The notes under the pieces were generated by a model. That model did not search any database, had not been told where the DNA came from, and saw only the letters and a list, made by a program, of their open reading frames with translations. This document shows, piece after piece, positions 15,259 to 29,475 of a stretch of DNA of 64,000 bases; the first letter of the stretch is position 1; each line of letters begins with the position of its first letter. This DNA is from the human T2T-CHM13v2.0 reference genome, Homo sapiens. Both the position numbers and the translations under genes were made by a program. Where the stretch lies: the NCBI RefSeq assembly GCF_009914755.1, contig NC_060936.1; one strand, given 5' to 3'.

Positions 15259-18073
15259 TCCGTGAGTTCTGTGGGCACAGGACAATCTCTCATGGAGCCT
15301 TTGTGATTCATAGGACAAGGGCTCAATATTTCCTGCCAAACCCACATCAAAGAATTGTTGTGTGGAATAAATGAAATAATGTATGTAAACGTGTTCTGTA
15401 AACTAAAGGTGAAGTTAAAGGTACCAAATGCAGTGTTTTTGTGTTTATGTGTGCTTTCAGTATACTACTCTATCAGTTACACATTAATAAAATATGTGAT
15501 TAGATCTGTAAATAACACCTCAAGAAAATTCAGTTTATCAAAGTCCAGATTGACCCAAAATATCTAATTTCATTATAAGTTTTTTAAGAGCAAATTTCCT
15601 TGTGCGCTATTATTTGCTTCAAAAAGGTTTGATTCAAACATCATTTTTATAGAACAGATATTGCAGAAGGTAAGATACACTGGTAGTATGTGAACTATTG
15701 TAGTCACGTGTTTATGTTAATGTTCATTCACACACCAGGGACACAAACAAGCGCTTAAGCAAATCCTCCCTTACAATCATTTCAAACCTCTCCCTACTCT
15801 TCAATGTACACTTTTGTGAAAATGAAGACAATGTAAAGTATAATCTCTTTGGTGAATTAATACATAATGAGGAAGCTTTTGCATTCAAACCTGATAAGAA
15901 ATAAAAGTATTAACTGTTTGGAAGTTCAAGCAGGTTCTTTTTAGGATAGAATAACATTTTATTCATTTCTGAACCCTAAGCAACTAAAACATAGCAGGGG
16001 CTGCTTCATAAGCGTAGTTGAACCATTGTGGTTGAAGGTGTGAGAAACTGACATGGAAACAAAGGTGAACTTAAAAATCCATCAATCCAAGTTGACCTTG
16101 AAGATAATAAGACCCACGACTGTTTATCACCGGAACTGTCCATATTCAGGGCCTGGCTGTTTCCCCTTGATGGTGCCTTTACTCCAGGACTGGCTTCCTT
16201 CACCCCAGCCTGGTTCGCGTGGTCTCAATTATTAATAAATTTTCCATCAAGGCTTGGAAGACCTTTGATCAAAGCTGAGTGACTCTAAAACTGCCTCCAA
16301 AAAATTAGGAAAACCACCTTCTCTACTCTTCTACAGCACAGTCATCTTGAGAATCTGAGTTCTATTATTGCTTCTTCCACGAACTACTATATTTGAGAGT
16401 CCAGCAACTTCACTTTGGAAGCAAAGGCATACTGGGTAATCCACTATTTGTTGCTGTCCTCTCCTCTAGTCCCATGAATTAATACAGACCTGACTGCATA
16501 GGCATAGGCCTCATAATGTGTCCATCGTTCTTTAATTCCCTACAATTCCTTTTGTAACCAACATCTATCATGCTGGGTATTAAGAGAAAACACAGGCAAA
16601 CAAAATGGTGGTCCCAATCCTAATGAAAACAAGACAAAGAAGGCTGCTAAAAGAGTAAGGAGGATTTGTTAAGATTACTAAAATCTGCATAAGGAGTCCC
16701 TGGTTTGAGATGTATTCTCTAAGAGAAAAGGAAAGAAAGAAATTCACCAATAACAACAAAGGAGCTTGATGAACAAGAGGCTGAAATGGCAACACTTAGG
16801 TCCACCCACATCCTCCCCGCAAAGTTACGGCCCACTTTGTAGGGCACTGGGTGTGTAGCATCTGCAATTGAGTCTCTCTCTTCCATCCACAGAGACACAT
16901 TTCACAACCCCCTTCAATATGGCATTGCAGAATGCTAACTTGCTAAGTGCTAGGGTTGTTCACTTTTGAGCTGCTCACTTTTGAGCACACAAGGTTAGAA
17001 ACGACATGAAGAGGTTTGAAGAACCAAAGGAGGAAGAAAGGGAAGGAAGAAAAAGCAGAGGCCTATATTTATGTTTCTTTGATTTCTTTTGACTTTGATT
17101 CACCCAATCTCATTTGCACGAGGTAGATTGAAATCATGACTTCCAATTAGTTACCTGGCATAGCTTACACTTCTCACATGTATTATTGTATTCAGTCTCA
17201 TCTGAATCCAAATTATACTTTATATTAAATTTTACTTTCAAATCCTGATTTCCAAGACATCTGCTATTCACCATTTAGAGCTTAACAGACACAAACATTC
17301 ATCTTTTATAACTAACAGAGTTTGGTAATATTAAGGGCAGAATTCCAGTCCAATAATTTACTGTTCAGACTTCTCTGCACTTTGTACCCTTGGCCAAGCA
17401 CAACTGATTGAGCACAACACATTGGCCAGTGGATCTCCAGCCCACAGGCACCTTGACCTACTCTCTGCTCACTTCATTCTAGCCATTGCTCTGTTCTAAT
17501 ATTGTATTGGTCAGTGATCTACAATCTCTGCTTCTATTAAACATTTGGTAGAATCCCTCAGCAAAGTCCTTCTGCTTCCCTTCCTGGTCATGACCTTCCC
17601 ATAGCACTGCCCCACAGTCCTTGATGATTGACCACCAGTCTGGTGCAGTCCCAGGTCCCTCCCTTCCTGGGCACTGCCCTCAAGAGCAGCTCTCTCTGGA
17701 TGAGACTTAACTCCTAGCTCTCACATCCTCTTCTGCCTTCAGGACCCAAAGGGCTGGATGGAGCAGTTCAGGAGGGCACAGCGAGAGCAAAGGCACAGAC
17801 ACATTCAAGTTAAAATCTTTCTAATCTTATCCCATAGTATTCTGAAGTAGAACTTTAATCAACTTTTGAACCCCTTTGTAGGTTAATAAACCAGCAGAGA
17901 GTCTTTGACTGTTGGACACTAAGGCTTTGTCCCACTGAGGACTGAAGACGTGGAAAGGAATAGCATGAGAGGAAAACAGGAAAGCTTGACAGACTCAGCT
18001 TTCTTTTACACTGTGGTGAGTAACATGGAAGATACCATATTTAAGAACGTTAGAATCCTTCACTGAGATTTAA

Positions 18074-18634
<561 letters not shown>

Positions 18635-19301
18635 TAACAAATGGATTCATGGCTGAAACTAAAGAATAATTGAGTGGACTTGGGTTATTTAGCCAACCCA
18701 TATGTCTACTTATACATAAGCACACACATCCTCACAAAGCTGGTGCATTGAGCTTTTAACTGAAAATGCACATCAACCTTTCTCCTAGGTTTTGAGTTGA
18801 GTGGCTCACTGACAAGCCTACGTTGCTTTTCCTGCCCCTCTACTGCATTGTACTATGAGAATTTCAAACAAAGAATGAAGCCATAAAACAAAAAGACTGA
18901 ATATTTGGCTCTGCCTGGCTCCCAGGCTTTCTACTATTCTTGTGACTTGGCCTCAACAAAATCTAAAGTGACTTGTTATTTGTGGGTCAGCTTTGTCCCA
19001 TCCTTACCAGTCATGGCTTTAGACAAAAGACTCAGCACCACTCACCCTCTGGGACAGTCTGACTGTGGTCTGAGGCCCCTGCTTAGATATTAGGCTTCAG
19101 CTCAGTTCCCAAGTCTCGCTTCATGACTTTCTGTGTACAGGCTAATATCTAACCTGTTTTCAGGGACTGCTGCCTCTCTTGGCAAGCCATCCGCAGTATC
19201 ATCTCTTGAAGACAGCCATCTGACATTTCTTGTGTGGCCCTCTCAGTGTCCAGGGCCTCATTTCCTCCTGACGTTCCTAGTGGCTGCTTGTCCATGTGAA
19301 C

Positions 19302-19482
19302 TTTTTTTTTCTTTTCTTTTCTTTTTCTTTTTCTTTCTTTCTTTTCTTTCTTTTTTTTTTTTTTTTGAGATAAGGTATCACTATATTGCTCAGGCTGGTC
19401 TTGAACTCTTGAGCTCAAGCAATTGTCCTGCCTCGGCCTCCCAAAATGCTAAGATGACAGGTGTGAGCCACCATGCCTGGCC
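19302..19482 (-). mobile_element. Free left Alu monomer (FLAM-C-like) with an expanded (TTTC)n tail
   Basis: Single arm only. 12-bp TSD gtccatgtgaac at 19290-19301 and 19484-19495. Confidence 0.88.
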
Positions 19483-20547
19483 AGTCCATGTGAACGTCTA
19501 CGCATCACCTGTTCCTGCTGCTTATGAGGATTGCTCATAACCTCACAGTGGAGGCTCCACACCAAGGCTTCCTGACCACTTTTGTAGGGCCACTGTCGGG
19601 CCCTCCAGAGAGCCTGTCCCATGGCAGATGGACTTCCTCCCTTTCCTGCCTCACCTTGGGGCACACATCTTCCCTTCTCCACTGGCCCATCCTACTGAAT
19701 CTGACCAGACACAGGCAGACACGCCATAAAATGTGAAAAAAAAAAAAAGCAGTGCATAAAGCTTAAAGTTTAAGAGGAAAAAAGCACCCTTTTTACAGAG
19801 CTATGCTGAATCACAAAACAGTTAAAATTTGGAGTGGCAAGGGACCTTAGAGATCATGTAACAGAGGGGTTATAAAAATGTTCTATTTCTAAAACCAGTA
19901 AAGCTTCCGCCCAAAAAATGGGGGTGAATGGGGGAGAAGGAACTGATGCAGGGTCATCTACCTCCTGCTGCTCTTATCATCATGACAAGAATACCAGAAA
20001 TATAGGAAAGATAAAATTTCATAGTTTTATAAAACTGCATAGGTTTAGCTTTATGCAAAATTCACCACATTGTCTTTCTTTCTCCTTTCACCCCATAGTT
20101 TATCTCCAAACCAGTGAAAACCACCATTTGGGAACTACAGAGCAAGGCCAACATTCTGGTTTTACAAACAGAGAAACAGTAATCTGACCCTATTCAATGA
20201 TTCTTTCAAGACGGCTAGCCAGTGGGCGACAGATAGGGCTGCGTGGAGTCCTAGTTCAGCTTTCTTCCTATTAGATTTGCTAAAGCAAATTTCTGTGATT
20301 TCCCTGTTGATATTAATATTTGGCAAAACGGATTCACTCTCTTCTAGCAACTCCAAAGAAGCATACAAATACACAGATGGATCATGAGAAGGGATCCCCA
20401 AAATCAGGTAACAGAGGCTGTGTAACTTCAGAGGTAATTTTTCTCCTTTTGCATTCTGAGAAATAAATCCTACAGAATTGTTTCAATAGCAATCGATGTT
20501 AGACTGAAAATTCCATTTTGAATTGAGAGGTATGATTTCAAGACAGC

Positions 20548-21036
20548 ATTCTGATAAAGATCGCACTGAATCTATAGATCACTCTGGGCTTTTCAACAAT
20601 ATTGATTATTCCAATCCATGAACACAGGATATCTTTCCAATTTTTTCTTTCATTGAATTTTATTTCTCAAAAAAGTTCCGTTTCTCACTGAATTTTTTCA
20701 TTGAATTTTATTTCTTCCATTTCTTTCATTGATGTTTTATAGCTTTCAGTGTAGAGATCTTTTACTTCCTTGGTTAAATTTATTCCCAAGTATTTTTTTG
20801 TAGCTATTGCAAATGGAATTGTTTTCTTTTTTAGACAGTTTGCTGTTAATGTGTAGAATAGCTACTGATTTTTGTAAGTTAATTTTGTATCCTGCAACGC
20901 TAATGAATTCATTTATTAGTTCTGTTTTTCAGTGGAGTTTTCAGAGTTTCCTACGTATATAAATTTAATGTTGTCTGCAAACAAGGACAATTTAACTTCT
21001 TCCTTTCTAATGTGAATGCCTTTTATTTCTTTCTCA
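20548..21036 (-). mobile_element. Old L1 (L1M) ORF2 fragment
   Basis: Homologous to the L1 ORF2 segment seen at 8100-8540 (gcactgaatctatagat; ttttgtatcctgcaac; tctgcaaacaaggacaatttaacttcttcc). Confidence 0.85.
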
Positions 21037-21989
21037 GTCATTCTTGATCAGTTGTATCCCAAAATATTGTTTCTGCCCTCACTTATTCCCATTCATTCTT
21101 TTCCTCTCTCTACTCATTCAAGTCTTCCTAAAGTAGCACAGGAATTTGCTCTTTGGCACTGAAGTGAATAAATCATCCTTAATCTGGCATGTGAATGAAT
21201 ATTCAGTCACTTTCTGTAACATTATTTGAGAGCTACCATCAACTACTTCTGCTTCATCCATTCTAAGAAATTTTAGTTCATTGTAGCAATTTAATGTGGT
21301 TTTTATAAAACACAAAAAAGATAGCCATAAAATTATATGCTTCTGTTGGGAAAAAATAAAAGATCAAAATTTCTATAAAAGAATGATTTCAGCCCCAAAC
21401 TCTCTTGCCTGTTCAAAAAGGAGATCTGCAAAACTGGCTTTGTCACCAGAAGAAAAGATTATTCCAATTTCTTTTGGTGGTAAACTCTGACCCTGAAGCA
21501 ATGCAATGCTAAGCAGATAGCCTATTTCTGTCCCTTTTATCCACAGATTTCAAAGTGCAAATGAGAGGAAGGTGATATTTCAGACCTTTTCTGGGTTGAG
21601 ATGCAGGAACAGAAGCCACAAGATTTAAGTGGCTAGTTCATTGTTAGGCATAAAGGCGGAGGATGAGAGAGCACTGTTGGTCTGACTCATTCTGCACTTT
21701 TCTTGTAAAATGGCCAAATCAGCCCCCTGGGATCGAAGGGATTCACCCGGGCTTCAGTGAGGCTGGACATGACTTCTGTGAAATTCATGTGTGAGCAACT
21801 AAAGCTAGGATTTGGCTTCATAATAGCTTGAAACAAATATTTGATGAGCAGAAAGTTCACCTTCTTTAGAAAGATTACCAACTGAGCCTTTGACTTCATT
21901 TTCCTATTGTTCACTAAAGTTTCTGAGACAACACAGAGCTTTTGCGTAAAAGTGATGATCTATATTTTCAGGATGTCATTGAGTACACC

Positions 21990-22132
21990 ATATATATGTG
22001 TATATATACATGTGTATATATATGTGTATATATATGTGTATATATATGTGTGTGTATATATATGTGTATATATATATGTGTGTGTGTGTGTGTGTATATA
22101 CATATATATATATATATTTTTTTTTTTTTTTC
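21990..22132. repeat. Compound (TA)n/(TG)n microsatellite followed by poly-T
   Basis: Directly visible tatatatgtg-type units, a (TG)n run, a (TA)n run and a T-run. Confidence 0.97.
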
Positions 22133-23704
22133 CCTCAAAAGAGCCTGGATACTAATGCTGTGGAAAATGGCTGTTTCTTGTCAAGGTCAGGATGGAAGGA
22201 GATTCATGAAGATATGATTCCTGGGTTAAAAAAAAAAAACATTTTGAACATGTTCTTACCATTCTCAACACCTATATGTAGGTTTATTAAATGGAACAGG
22301 CATTATCCAGTGCTCTGACACATCCACGGGATGCCTATAGCATCTGTAAAATCCTCCGTGGCTCTGGGGAAGATTTCAGAAACTCTTAGCTCAACTGTTT
22401 GCTATTCTCCATTAAGACAGGGACAGCTCATCACTGGTAGGTAAAATCTTTTCCTAGTCCCCCATTTTCAAAGAAAACTGTCAATATTTATAAAATGGCT
22501 TTGATGAAGTCATCAGAGACTCTCTAAAGCCACAACACAGAAGTTTCCTTACCCAGACTTTAATTTCCAACTCATCCTGGACCACCTCAATTGCACAATT
22601 CTATATACCAGTGGGAATCCAGGGCCAAAAGGAACATAGCTCCCTTGCAGTTTTAGTTACAATAATGACTGTGAAGAAAGATGGATTCACTAGAGGTACA
22701 GCATCCCATTCAAATATTCCTAAGATTCCTCCCGTGTCAGTTTCCCGAAATCCAAGTTAAACTCTCAAATGAGGTCAGGACTGTAAACCTGGCTGAGTGA
22801 CCTGACCCTTTCGTCAGCCCCCAGACCACCTCTAAGGGTCAGGAAAGCACCTCCACCCTCTGCTCCGGTGGCTCTGGCATCTGCTGAGATGGCATCTCCG
22901 GAGGGGGAAAGTAGCCTGGCTGGGATGGTGATGGTACGTGTTAGTCCAGGATTCACTAAGCAGTAAAGAGAAACACTCAGAAAAAGATGACTTAGTGATA
23001 ATGCTGCAAGGCATAGATGCAGGAACTTGGAAAGAAAAGGACAGTCATCTTTTTAATGAAAACTGGTTTACTGAAATTGATTTTGGGTGCCTCTTTACCG
23101 AATTTGGCAAATGAAGCAAAACCGAGGTTGGTTCCGGGAGGCAGGCACTTGCTGTTGGTAATATTGATGCTTTCTTTTCAGTACTTTTATTTTAACCCAA
23201 ATCAGCCTATTCCTAGAGGAAAAAGGGCATTTTATTCCTAGGAAAAAATAAACTGGAGTCATAGAAAGGTTTATTTAAGATATGGCAGCCTGGGAAAAGC
23301 CGGAGCTGGCATGATTCTGGGGGTTGGAGGATATACCTGCCCGGGCAAGAGGAACCTCTTACAATAAGATACCCCACAAAGGGTTGGCGACAATACTATG
23401 AGCTTCCGTAACATTTACCTAAGGTCTCTTTCAGAAGAATCAAATTTAAATGTCTAGTTAAAAATTCCAGCCCTTCACTCTGCCTTTATTTCCTCACAAA
23501 TTATTCTCCTGTATCTAAACTAGATGACACTTTGCTGAGCTTACAAATCTTTGTCACCCAGAACCCCCAGCTCCTGAAGAACTAGATATTAGGGCTCTTA
23601 GAAGCTTGATCACCACATGAGTTGAGCCGAAAGTCCATTACTATGTGTAGATTTTCTTCTTATTTTGTAATTGAGAAGAATACTAAGATGTTCCTATCAG
23701 GGAA

Positions 23705-23880
23705 GCAATATAGTCTGGAAGGTAAGAGATCTGTAGTAGACAGGGATGTGTTTTCCAGCTCTGCCACTCACCAGCTATACCGCTTGGGGCAAGTTAACCA
23801 ACCTCTCAGAGCCCAGGTTTTATTTTTGTAAAATAGCAATAATGTTATCAGCTACCTCAGGGAACTGATATCACAATAAA
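23705..23880 (+). mobile_element. MIR SINE
   Basis: ccagctctgccactcaccagcta..cttggggcaagttaaccaacctctcagagcc..tgtaaaatag. Confidence 0.7.
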
Positions 23881-23926
23881 AATACTTAGTATTTATTGAC
23901 CATATATAATGCAAAACACTTTCTAA

Positions 23927-24544
<618 letters not shown>

Positions 24545-26285
24545 CTATAACGGTTTCATTTAATGATCACAATATGTCATTGAGTTGGGTGCTATTACTA
24601 TTTCCATTTTATGCAGATGAGAAAACAAGCTTAGAGGAATCACGATCATGTTTAAGCCAGAGTTTGAATGCAGGCCCTCTGACTTCAGGGGCAGGCTGTG
24701 ACCCACTACTACAGTGTGAATTACTTGACATAAAGAATATAACATGCTTATAATAGTAAGTGAAATATAATAAAAATGCAATAAAATTTTGATGCAATTA
24801 ATGACAAAATAGCATTAATGAATACAATAGTATTTATAAAATATTAGGACCTATTAAACGCTTAATATGAGAGATTCCATTTTGTTAATTGGCAGTTAAC
24901 TCTTTGAGGGCAGACACTGAGATTCACTTACTTGTGTAGCACTAGATTTTAGTAGAGCATTTATGGCAGAGGGGCTCTATGAATATCTATCAAATGAAGA
25001 ATGATTCCATTGGAATCATCAGTACTACAAAGAAAAGCTAAGATATATTCAACTGGTCTAAGCAAAAACATATTTAGAACACAGATTGATGCCACTTTTT
25101 GGTCTTCTATACTACAGGTGTATTCCCTATTATTGGCAAGCCTTCACAAGACTCTTACCTTAAACCACGTAGAATATAAAGAATTGTGTTGTATTTCTGT
25201 CCTTATTGAATAGTATTTATCAAGCACTCATCTCCTTCCCAAATTGGGCTGAAGACACAGTAAACAATTAAGGGCTGCTTTCCCCTTAACCAAGTCAAAA
25301 CCACATGCTGCAAAGTGTTAAGAAAGCTATTAGGTATTTGGTTTGAAGGAATCAAAGATTATGAAATTCACTTCTAATTATAAGTGTTTTAAAATTTCTA
25401 GTACAATATCATAAATAAAAAACACTCATTTCCTCCTAACATTTTGGTTTATGATACTGCCTTTTAGGAAAGTTCATACTTATAGAAGAAGAATGAACTT
25501 TCCTAAAAGGCAGTATCATAGTCCAAAGTGTTAATTTTAGCGAGTTTACTAAAATCTCTATTGTAAAAATGAGAAAATCTGGGGGCAAAAAAAGCTTTGT
25601 GTCTTGTTCAAGGTCAGTCAACCAATAAATGGCAGAACCAAGACTTGGTTTCCTGATTCAGTGACATTTTCAAGCATCTGAAAAGAAAAGTGGCCTTGGA
25701 ACAATGACATTGGAATAAGACAAGAGAACAGACAAGCTTCAGCACAGTTCAAACATTCAGAGCTAAGTGGCATTATGTAATCACACACATTTGAATGTCT
25801 TTTCTAGTTTTTAAATCATTGTTCTTTTCCCAAGGACAAATTTTCTTGAGATTGCTTCCATTTTTAAATTGAAGAAAAAAGAACGAACAAAAGAAGTTAA
25901 TTACAATCATGCTACTGAACATAATACTTTTATGCAAGTCAAAAAACATTTCTAGAAAAGTATTATAATTCTGTTTAATAACACCCATTTAGACATAGAT
26001 GTAGTGATAAATGATTACTACTAAAATCCTGAATATACTCAAGTTAATATTTCACATTTAAACTATAAAGTTTGCAACTGAAGGTAAACCACTGTAAACA
26101 AGAGTACATGTGTGGACATTTGCTCTCATCCAACCTTCTGTGTGGCTGTTTTTAAAGCTGAAATAATAATATCCCTTGTCCCATGAGGATCTAATGGTCT
26201 ACACACAGAAGACTGTCTCTCTGGAACTATCAATGTTGGTGACAGAGGGCAGGTCTTGTAGGAGGAAGTCACGTGCAATAGTTAC

Positions 26286-26407
26286 CTAGGCATGTAAAGG
26301 ACTCTCTCCGCCACCACAAAACCCACCCTGAAGAAGAGGTTGCTGGCTGGAATGAACGGGAACACCAGGAACAACAAGCCGACTAAAACCTCCTTGTGCT
26401 CCAGTCT
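26286..26407 (-). CDS. TMTC1: TMTC1 internal coding exon (122 nt, phase 0-2; probably exon 7)
   Basis: Not in the ORF track; read by hand. Acceptor ttgtgtgtttCAG|AGA and donor CCTAG|GTAAC. Translates [40 protein letters not shown](S), containing the conserved TMTC PASN..[14 protein letters not shown] motif. Phase matches both neighbouring exons. Confidence 0.96.
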
Positions 26408-27802
26408 CTGAAACACACAATAGTGAAGGAAACATTAACTTCTGTTGAATTCCACTTCAGGCAGCATTTAACCATCTCCTTCACTTTCAGGTTCTCAATG
26501 AAGAAATGAATAAATTAGACCAATATAAACCTTTTGACCGGCGTGCTGAATTTAACAGAGAAAGCTGACGGGCTAAAATGGCTGGCATGTCAAAACATAC
26601 ACATGTACCCTGACACACATTTGCCACCCAGAAACATGGATATTGGCCCACTACAGTCAGTGACCGCTACCTGTTGTTTAGGGCTGGATTTACAGCAACC
26701 CTGCTTCTTGGTTCTGGCTCCGTTCAGAATCCCTGTCTTTCCAGACACCCCATTCTCAAAGAGCAAAGCAACTGGCTAAAATCAAATGCAGTAAGGCACT
26801 GCAGAGAATTTAATTATATCTTCCCAAAATATAATGTATTTTCTTTAAAAAATTCACCAGGAGAAGCAAAGTTTAACATCAAGAAAATCAAATACTAATG
26901 ATAAAATTTGGGATGCCAATGGAGAGAGAATCATTTGAATTGAAGCATACCTTCACACCTCTCAAATTAGGCTGGCAAGCGAGTATTTACTCCATTGATT
27001 TTTTGAATAAAAAATCGTTATAATAATTCATTAAATTGACAAAGAACCTCCTCTGTTATTATATATCTTTATTTGCAAAGATTTTTATGTCACTTATAAT
27101 TAACAGAAAAAAACTTCTGTTTATTACTGATAATATGTTGCAATGACATTGTAAAAACTCATTTGTATTTCCATGTGTATTTATGGTATAGACACATTTG
27201 AAGAGAGTTATATTTAAAACAAAACTTAATGTACTGGAGAATATGTATTTTTTAAGTTTAAGAAAAAAACCAAATAGACTGTCCATATTTCAACTTTTAA
27301 TGTTTCCTTTAAACATTTTAAAGTCTATTATTTTTAATAATTGGAAAAGAATAAGTAAAAGAATTTCATAAATGTAAATAAAACTCCCTAATAAAAGCTA
27401 CAAATACTTTAACTATACAAAGTATAACGATTTTAAACATCTTGGGATACTTGTCACCTTGATGTTATTAAAATATTTGTTTTACGGACTAAAATATATA
27501 GGGTAATACAATTTCTGAGAGTGATTCCATATGATTTGGACAGTTGCCCTTAAATAATTAATGGATCTATAAGTAATGATCTCATTTTGACCTAAAGGAA
27601 CCAGAATTTAAAGGAAGAAAAAAATAGATTATGTAACAAGCCTTCAACTCATGATCTACCAAAACTGACCAAAAAGGGTAAAAAAAAAAAAAAAAAAAAA
27701 GAACAAATTCATTTTATTTAAAAGCTGCAAGCTATCTTTTTAATTTAGACTATACTTTGGGTTTAGAAAGTACATTTCAATTTGAGAATTTAAACTGTAT
27801 AG

Positions 27803-28454
27803 TTTATTTATTTGTTTAAATTTAAATTTTTATTTTCAATTTGGGGTACATGCGCAGGTTTACTACAAGGGTATATTGTGTGATGCTGAGGCTTGGGCTT
27901 CTATTGTTTCTGCCACCCAGAGAGTGAAAATCGTACCCAATAGCAAGTTTTTCAGCCCTTGCCTCCCTTTCCCCTCCCTCCTTTCAGAGTCTCCAATGTC
28001 TATTGTTCCCGTCTTTACGTCTGTGTGTACCCAAGGTTTAGCTCCCACTTATAAGTGAGAATATGTGGTATTTGGTTTTCTGTTTCTGTGTTAATTCGCT
28101 CAGGATAATGGCCTTTAACAGCCTCCATGTTGCAGCAAAAGACATGATTTTGTTCTTTCTTATGGCTGCTTAGTATTTCATGGTGTATATGTACTACAAT
28201 TTCCTTATCCAATCCACTGTTGACGAGTATCTAGGCTGATTCCATGTCTTTGCTATTGTGAAAAGTGCTGTGATAAACACATAAGTGCAGGCATCTTTTT
28301 GGTAGAATGATTTTCCTTTGGGCATACACCCAGTAGTGGGATTGCTGGGTTGAATGGTAGTTCTATTTTTTAATTCAATGAAAAATCTCCAAACTTATTT
28401 CTGCAGTGGCTGAACTAATTTGCATTCCCACCAACACTATATAAGCATTACCTT
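27803..28454 (-). mobile_element. L1 3' end (L1PA15/16- or L1PB-like), 5'-truncated
   Basis: ggggtacatgcgcaggttt..acaagggtatattgtgtgatgctgagg...ttagctcccacttataagtgagaatatg...cattcccaccaaca. Confidence 0.88.
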
Positions 28455-28972
28455 CAAGTACATAATTTTAAAAAATCTTCACAAGAATCCTGTATATCAA
28501 GAGCAAGTATTTCTTCTTACAATTGAAAACAGACCCCAAATAAAGAGTGTCTTGTCAAATGTTCCTCATTCACTCTGAGCTTATTATTGGGTAGTAAGTT
28601 GCTATTCCCTTTTTATAGGTGCACTTTTATAGAGATAGTTGATTACTTCTTTTCATGCTTCGAAAGCTAAAATACTTTTTTACAAAATTATTCACGTCTT
28701 CCCAAAGAAGTTTCTAAAGAGAATGTAATACACCCTAGTAATTCATCCTAAGAATTAAGAATTAAGAGTGCAGGTATAAACAGAACAATGATCAGGCTGT
28801 TATCCATGTCCCTAGATACTGTTTTACCCAATGAGCCACCCCACGGCCCCTCATCAAGGTTATTGGGAAAGAGCCCTCACTGGGAATCTGAAAGAGGCTT
28901 CTCTCTATATCCCCAGCATCACACGTTCTTACCCTTCCAACGCACCTTCCTCACTACGGTGGGTGTTCACTT

Positions 28973-29017
28973 TCTTTTTTTTTTGAGACTGAATCTGGCT
29001 CTGTCACCCAGGCTGGA
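28973..29017 (-). mobile_element. Very short Alu 3'-end fragment (about 45 bp)
   Basis: tttttttttgagactgaatctggctctgtcacccaggctgga, after which similarity stops. Confidence 0.8.
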
Positions 29018-29249
29018 CCAGGTTGGGAGGTGCCTTCATCTCAGTGGTGGGTGTCAGTTGGGAGCACAGCCAACCTTCCTGCCCCCCCCCCTCACTCACG
29101 GACACCCGTAGTGAGCAGGATGCCCATGGCACTGATTGCTGTTGGGGATGCGGAGATGGGGGGAGAGTCAAGGAGCGATCAGCCTCCCCCAGAAATCTGA
29201 TGTGCACATGGAAAAGCCACAGGGCTGCGTGTTCATCTGTTCCTCCACC

Positions 29250-29475
29250 AGTTTCTTCAGACACCAGCACAGTCTTTATTTCCTTCATGACATCACTCTA
29301 GTTGTAATTACGTGTGTATCTGGGTGTTTACTGCCTTTATTGTCTGTCTGCCTCACTAGAATGTGAGCTCCATGAGCACAGAGTGCTCCTGACTTGTGTT
29401 CACTGGTGAACGACTTTTGCTTAGCTCAGTGCCCGGTGTGAATATTTGCTGAATAAATCAATTAAGTGAATAAAT
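29250..29475 (+). mobile_element. L2 LINE 3' end
   Basis: tgtctgtctgcctcactagaatgtgagctccatgag...cagtgcccgg..aatatttgctgaataaat. Confidence 0.7.

Noticed and set aside
21907-22318. Three overlapping YIYVCV-rich ORFs
   Set aside because: Artefacts of the (TA)/(TG) microsatellite.
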